A stretch of 64,000 bases of DNA from Paracoccaceae bacterium (GTDB lineage Bacteria > Pseudomonadota > Alphaproteobacteria > Rhodobacterales > Rhodobacteraceae): positions 30,530 through 94,529 of the forward strand of contig JBKBQB010000006.1 of NCBI GenBank assembly GCA_046292785.1. The letters run 5' to 3'. Each line of letters opens with the position of its first letter. The first letter of the stretch is position 1. This document shows positions 59,357-64,000 of the stretch, piece by piece. Both the position numbers and the translations under genes were made by a program. The notes below the pieces were generated by a model. The model was not told where the DNA came from, ran no database searches, and saw nothing but the letters and a program-made list of their open reading frames with translations.

Positions 59357-61735
59357 TCAGAAAGGAACATCATCCGCTTGCGTTGCCGTGATGACGAAGC
59401 GCGCGAGCAGTTTTTTGGGGCCGGTGTGGTCGAAATCCACGTCGAGCTTGTCGCCTTCGATCGCGGTAACCTGACCGTAGCCGAATTTCTGGTGGAACAC
59501 CCGGTCACCGATCGTAAAGGCGGAAATCGCCTCGGCATCGATTGTGATGTGGCGCGATTCCTTTGGTTGCTGAACCGGGCGGGTGGCCTGACCGGCCTGC
59601 AAGCGGCGCCAGCCGGGGGAGTTGTAGACATCGGCTTTTGAAACGCGCTCCTCCAGCCCCGAACCAAAACCGACCGGGGCCGCCGCACCAAAGCCGCCGC
59701 CGTAAAGACCGGGTGGGGTGAGCACCTCGACATGGTCGGCGGGCAGCTCGTCGATGAAGCGCGAGGGGAGTTGGGATTGCCACTGGCCGTAAACGCGGCG
59801 GTTGGACGCGAAGGAGATGGTGCAGATGCGTTCCGCGCGGGTGATCCCGACGTAAGCCAGACGGCGTTCTTCCTCCACCCCCTTGAGCCCCGATTCGTCC
59901 ATGCTGCGCTGGCTGGGGAACAATCCGTCTTCCCAGCCGGGCAGAAAGACCACCGGGAATTCCAGCCCCTTGGCGGCGTGCAGGGTCATGATCGAGATTT
60001 TTTCCGATGCCTCTTCGGTCTCGTTGTCCATGATCAGGCTGACGTGTTCCAGAAAGCCTTGCAGATTGTCGAACTGTTCCAGCGCCTTGACCAGTTCCTT
60101 GAGGTTGTCGAGACGGCCCGGCGCTTCCGGCGTCTTGTCGTTTTGCCACATGCCGGTGTAACCGGATTCGTCAAGGATCTGTTCGGCCAGAGCGACATGG
60201 TTGTAATCGGGGGCCAGCGTCACCTGATGCCAGCGATCGACACCCTCGACAAACTGGCGCAACTGTCCGCCCCCCTTGCCGCCGATGGTGCCCTTGGCCA
60301 CCGCTTCGCGCGCGCCGTCCAGCAGCGGCACACCTGCGGCGCGGGCAAGGCGTTGAAGCTCGCCTTGGGCCTTGTCGCCAAGGCCGCGTTTGGGGGTGTT
60401 GATGATGCGCTCAAAGGCCAGATCATCCTCGGGCGAGACGACGAGGCGGAAATAGGCCATGGCGTCGCGAATCTCCAGCCGTTCGTAAAAGCGCGGGCCG
60501 CCGATGACGCGATAGGGCAGGCCGATGGTGAGAAAACGGTCCTCGAACGCGCGCATCTGGTGGGACGCTCGCACCAGAATCGCCTGATGGTCAAGGCTGA
60601 CGGGATCAAGGCCACGGGTGCCGCGTTGCAGCGCCTCGGCCTCCTCGCCGATCCAGCGCGCCTCTTCCTCGCCATCCCAATGGCCGATCAGGCGCACCTT
60701 TTCGCCCGGCTCGCCCGCCGTCCACAGGGTTTTGCCAAGGCGGCCCTTGTTGGCGGAAATCACGCCCGACGCGGCGGCGAGGATATGGGCGGTGGAGCGG
60801 TAGTTCTGTTCCAGCTTGATGACGGCAGCGCCCGGAAAATCCTTTTCAAACCGCAGGATATTTCCGACCTCGGCCCCGCGCCAGCCGTAGATCGACTGGT
60901 CGTCATCGCCCACACAGCAGATGTTCTTGTGCGATTGGGCCAGCAGGCGCAGCCAGAGGTATTGGCAGACGTTGGTATCCTGATACTCGTCCACCAGAAT
61001 ATAGCGGAACCAGCGCTGATACTGGCCCAGCACATCGGGATGGGCCTGAAAGATGGTGACGCAGTGCAGCAGCAGGTCGCCGAAATCGGTGGCGTTTAGG
61101 GTGCGCAGACGGTCCTGATAGGCGGCGTAAAGCTCGGTGCCCATGTTGTTGAAGCCGGAGGCTTCGGCCGAGGGCACGTTCGCGGGCGTCAGGGCACGGT
61201 TTTTCCAGCCGTCGATCATCCCGGCCAACATGCGGGCTGGCCAGCGTTTTTCATCAATATCCGCCGCCGCGATCAGTTGTTTGAGCAGGCGGATCTGATC
61301 GTCGGTGTCCAGAATGGTGAAATTGGGCTTCAGCCCGGCCAGTTCGGCATGACGGCGCAGGATTTTGACCGACAGCGAGTGGAAGGTGCCCATCCATGGC
61401 ATGCCCTCGGCCATCTGCCCCAGCAGACGGCCCACCCGCTCTTTCATCTCGCGCGCGGCCTTGTTGGTGAAGGTCACCGATAGGATCTCGTTCGGGCGGG
61501 CGCGGCCTGTGTGCAAAAGATGCACGATGCGGCTGGTCAGCGCCTTGGTCTTGCCGGTGCCGGCGCCGGCCAGCATCAGGACCGGACCATCCAGCGCCTC
61601 GACCGCGGCGCGTTGCGCCGGGTTCAGGTCATCCAGATAGGGTGCCGGCCGCGCGGCCATGGCGCGTTGCGACAGCGGCACATTTTGCGCTGCGGCGGCA
61701 GCCTCGAAGGCATCGTTTTCATCCCAGTCGGTCAT
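59357..61735 (-). CDS. uvrD: UvrD/Rep-family ATP-dependent DNA helicase (DNA helicase II)
   Basis: LNPAQRAAV, Walker A AGAGTGKT, VDEYQDTN, TLHAAKGLEF; ATG 61735 preferred because the SOS box overlaps the longer GTG-61792 start. Confidence 0.9.
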   Translation of the reverse strand: MTDWDENDAFEAAAAAQNVPLSQRAMAARPAPYLDDLNPAQRAAVEALDGPVLMLAGAGTGKTKALTSRIVHLLHTGRARPNEILSVTFTNKAAREMKERVGRLLGQMAEGMPWMGTFHSLSVKILRRHAELAGLKPNFTILDTDDQIRLLKQLIAAADIDEKRWPARMLAGMIDGWKNRALTPANVPSAEASGFNNMGTELYAAYQDRLRTLNATDFGDLLLHCVTIFQAHPDVLGQYQRWFRYILVDEYQDTNVCQYLWLRLLAQSHKNICCVGDDDQSIYGWRGAEVGNILRFEKDFPGAAVIKLEQNYRSTAHILAAASGVISANKGRLGKTLWTAGEPGEKVRLIGHWDGEEEARWIGEEAEALQRGTRGLDPVSLDHQAILVRASHQMRAFEDRFLTIGLPYRVIGGPRFYERLEIRDAMAYFRLVVSPEDDLAFERIINTPKRGLGDKAQGELQRLARAAGVPLLDGAREAVAKGTIGGKGGGQLRQFVEGVDRWHQVTLAPDYNHVALAEQILDESGYTGMWQNDKTPEAPGRLDNLKELVKALEQFDNLQGFLEHVSLIMDNETEEASEKISIMTLHAAKGLEFPVVFLPGWEDGLFPSQRSMDESGLKGVEEERRLAYVGITRAERICTISFASNRRVYGQWQSQLPSRFIDELPADHVEVLTPPGLYGGGFGAAAPVGFGSGLEERVSKADVYNSPGWRRLQAGQATRPVQQPKESRHITIDAEAISAFTIGDRVFHQKFGYGQVTAIEGDKLDVDFDHTGPKKLLARFVITATQADDVPF

Positions 61736-61775
61736 GGTCCGATTATACGCCGGATTGGAGGGATGGAAAGCGTCT

Positions 61776-61790
61776 GTTCGTGACTTGTTC
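61776..61790. promoter_or_regulatory. alphaproteobacterial LexA (SOS) box GTTC-N7-GTTC
   Basis: GTTC 61776-61779, GTGACTT, GTTC 61787-61790; 41 nt upstream of the uvrD ATG. Confidence 0.5.
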
Positions 61791-61939
61791 ACATTTTCGC
61801 TGCGGAAAGGCAGGATTTCGCAGGTGCAAAGCTGGGCCTGCTAATTTCGCAAACTTTGCAATTTGGTCACAAAGCGCCCTTGCGCTGCAGTGCGGCGCCA
61901 ATACAGTGACCCCAACAGCCGCCTTTGATGGAGAGCACC

Positions 61940-64000
61940 ATGCCCGAGTTCAGCAAGATTCTTGTCGCCAACCGGGGCGAGATCGCCATCCGCGTGATGC
62001 GCGCCGCCAATGAGATGGGCAAGAAGACGGTGGCGGTGTTTGCTGAAGAGGACAAGCTGTCTCTGCACCGCTTCAAATCGGATGAGGCCTATCGGATCGG
62101 CGAGGGGCTTTCGCCGGTGGGGGCTTACCTGTCGATCCCTGAAATCATCCGCGTGGCCAAGATGGCGGGGGCGGATGCGATCCATCCCGGTTACGGCTTG
62201 CTGTCCGAGAACCCGGATTTTGTCGAGGCCTGCGATCAGGCCGGGATCACCTTTATCGGACCACGGGCGGAAACGATGCGCGCGCTTGGCGACAAGGCAT
62301 CGGCGCGGCGGGTGGCGATCGAGGCCGGGGTGCCGGTGATCCCGGCGACCGAGGTGCTGGGCGACGATATGGCAGCGATCAAGGCCGAAGCGAAAGCGGT
62401 GGGCTATCCCTTGATGCTCAAGGCAAGCTGGGGCGGCGGCGGGCGCGGCATGCGGCCGATCCTGTCGGAAGACGAGCTGGAAACCAAGGTGCGCGAAGGC
62501 CGGCGCGAAGCCGAGGCCGCCTTTGGCAACGGCGAGGGCTATCTGGAGAAGATGATCCAGCGCGCGCGGCATGTGGAGGTGCAGATCCTGGGCGACAAGC
62601 ATGGCCAGATCTACCACCTGTGGGAACGTGACTGCACGGTGCAACGTCGCAACCAGAAGGTGGTAGAGCGGGCCCCGGCGCCCTATCTTTCGGAGGCGCA
62701 GCGCGCCGAGGTCTGCGAAATGGCGCGCAAGATCTGTGCTCATGTGAATTACGAATGCGCGGGAACGGTCGAGTTCCTGATGGATATGGATGACGAGAAA
62801 TTCTATTTCATCGAGGTGAACCCAAGGGTTCAGGTTGAGCATACCGTCACCGAGGAGGTGACGGGTATCGACATCGTGCAGGCGCAAATCCTGATTGCCG
62901 AGGGCAAGACCCTGCACGAGGCGACCGGGGTTGCCGATCAGGCCGGGGTGAAGCTGAACGGCCATGCGCTGCAATGCCGGGTCACCACCGAAGACCCGCT
63001 GAACAATTTCATCCCGGATTACGGGCGTTTGACGGCTTACCGTTCGGCCACCGGCAATGGCATCCGGCTGGATGGCGGCACGGCTTACGCGGGCGGGGTG
63101 ATCACGCGGTATTACGATAGCCTGCTGGTCAAGGTAACGGCACATGCGCAGACCCCGGAAAAGGCGATTGCGCGGATGGACCGGGCGTTGCGCGAGTTCC
63201 GTATTCGCGGGGTGGCCACGAACATCGAGTTCGTGATCAACCTGTTGCAGCATCCGACGTTTCTGGATGACAGCTACACCACCAAGTTCATCGACACGAC
63301 GCCCGACCTGTTCGCGTTTCGCAAACGCCGCGACCGGGCGACCAAGATCCTGACCTATATCGCCGATATCACGGTGAACGGGCACCCCGAGACCGTGGGC
63401 CGCGCCAAGCCGCATGCCGAGGCCAAGGCCCCGAAAGCGCCTAAAGTGCGGGCGGAACCGGCCATGGGCACCCGCAACCTGCTGGAACAAAAGGGCCCGC
63501 AGGCGGTGGCAGACTGGATGAAGGCGCAAGACAAGGTGCTGATCACCGACACCACCATGCGCGACGGGCACCAGTCGCTCTTGGCCACCCGGATGCGGTC
63601 GATCGACATGATCAAGGTGGCCCCCGCCTATGCCGCCCATCTGCCGCAACTGTTCAGCGTGGAATGTTGGGGCGGGGCCACGTTCGACGTGGCCTACCGC
63701 TTCTTGCAGGAATGTCCGTGGCAGCGGCTGCGCGATCTGCGCGCGCAGATGCCCAACCTGATGACGCAGATGTTGCTGCGGGCGTCCAATGGTGTGGGCT
63801 ACACCAACTACCCCGACAATGTGGTGCAGTCTTTCGTCAAGCAGGCCGCCGATACCGGGGTGGATGTGTTCCGCGTGTTCGATTCGCTCAACTGGGTCGA
63901 GAATATGCGGGTGGCGATGGATGCAGTGCTGGAGTCGAACAAGGTTTGCGAAGGCACAATCTGCTATACCGGCGACCTGCTGGACCCTGCGCGGGCAAAA
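61940..64000 (+). CDS. pyc: pyruvate carboxylase, N-terminal 687 codons (runs off the right edge)
   Basis: MPEFSKILVANRGEIAIRVMRAANEMG biotin-carboxylase start, ATP-grasp core, later TDTTMRDGHQSLLATRMR of the carboxyltransferase domain; open in frame to position 64000. Confidence 0.9.
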   Translation, partial: MPEFSKILVANRGEIAIRVMRAANEMGKKTVAVFAEEDKLSLHRFKSDEAYRIGEGLSPVGAYLSIPEIIRVAKMAGADAIHPGYGLLSENPDFVEACDQAGITFIGPRAETMRALGDKASARRVAIEAGVPVIPATEVLGDDMAAIKAEAKAVGYPLMLKASWGGGGRGMRPILSEDELETKVREGRREAEAAFGNGEGYLEKMIQRARHVEVQILGDKHGQIYHLWERDCTVQRRNQKVVERAPAPYLSEAQRAEVCEMARKICAHVNYECAGTVEFLMDMDDEKFYFIEVNPRVQVEHTVTEEVTGIDIVQAQILIAEGKTLHEATGVADQAGVKLNGHALQCRVTTEDPLNNFIPDYGRLTAYRSATGNGIRLDGGTAYAGGVITRYYDSLLVKVTAHAQTPEKAIARMDRALREFRIRGVATNIEFVINLLQHPTFLDDSYTTKFIDTTPDLFAFRKRRDRATKILTYIADITVNGHPETVGRAKPHAEAKAPKAPKVRAEPAMGTRNLLEQKGPQAVADWMKAQDKVLITDTTMRDGHQSLLATRMRSIDMIKVAPAYAAHLPQLFSVECWGGATFDVAYRFLQECPWQRLRDLRAQMPNLMTQMLLRASNGVGYTNYPDNVVQSFVKQAADTGVDVFRVFDSLNWVENMRVAMDAVLESNKVCEGTICYTGDLLDPARAK

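Noticed and set aside
61841-63649. 602-aa minus-strand ORF
   Set aside because: Antisense to the pyruvate carboxylase gene, which is open in frame from 61940 to the window end and has biotin-carboxylase and carboxyltransferase motifs. The pyc ORF is missing from the track only because it has no stop in the window.

Overview
GC-rich alphaproteobacterial chromosome segment. Gene content and order look Rhodobacterales-like: a Paracoccus-type ATPase zeta-subunit gene, a DUF1127 gene followed by CCUCCUCCC hairpins, and an extended mraZ leader. I recognise only core or housekeeping-type genes, with no integrase, transposase, tRNA, rRNA or CRISPR. The minus strand carries a complete division/cell-wall (dcw) cluster from mraZ (55277) down to ftsZ (33622): mraZ-rsmH-ftsL-ftsI-murE-murF-mraY-[2 inserted genes]-murD-ftsW-murG-murC-[DUF2484, opposite-strand small gene, PRC-barrel gene]-murB-ddl-ftsQ-ftsA-ftsZ. 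It is followed by lpxC, bamD and recN. Elsewhere there are an RpiR/PdxA-family/aldehyde dehydrogenase cluster, two MFS transporters, purQ, purS-purC, and a DctB/DctD-like two-component pair. Also present are ppk2, rne, ccdA, a hydrolase-like gene coupled to a P450, the zeta gene, and a split corrinoid/homocysteine methyltransferase set with DUF1638. The remaining genes are an FAD oxidase, apbC/mrp, benE, uvrD and the 5' part of pyruvate carboxylase. The strongest non-coding signal lies at 57500-58096, directly after the DUF1127 gene. It is a tandem array of 12 hairpins, each displaying CCUCCUCCC in its loop, and matches the CcsR/cuckoo sRNA architecture known from Rhodobacter but with more copies and a recent 107-bp duplication. 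Other regulatory candidates are:
- six GGG boxes phased at exactly 10 bp plus a terminator-bearing long leader upstream of mraZ (MraZ operator / UpsM-like)
- an exact GGAAC-N16-CGTT general-stress promoter
- an exact GTTC-N7-GTTC SOS box upstream of uvrD
- several strong intrinsic terminators inside the dcw cluster

I did not find a convincing novel multi-gene system. The best uncharacterised candidates are a membrane protein plus ClpP/NfeD-like pair (7251-9323), a hydrolase-like/P450 pair (19488-22063) and a PD-(D/E)XK-like DUF2161 gene inserted in the dcw operon. Many long ORFs in the supplied track are antisense shadow ORFs typical of high-GC DNA and were rejected. All start codons are chosen by eye and are less certain than stops.
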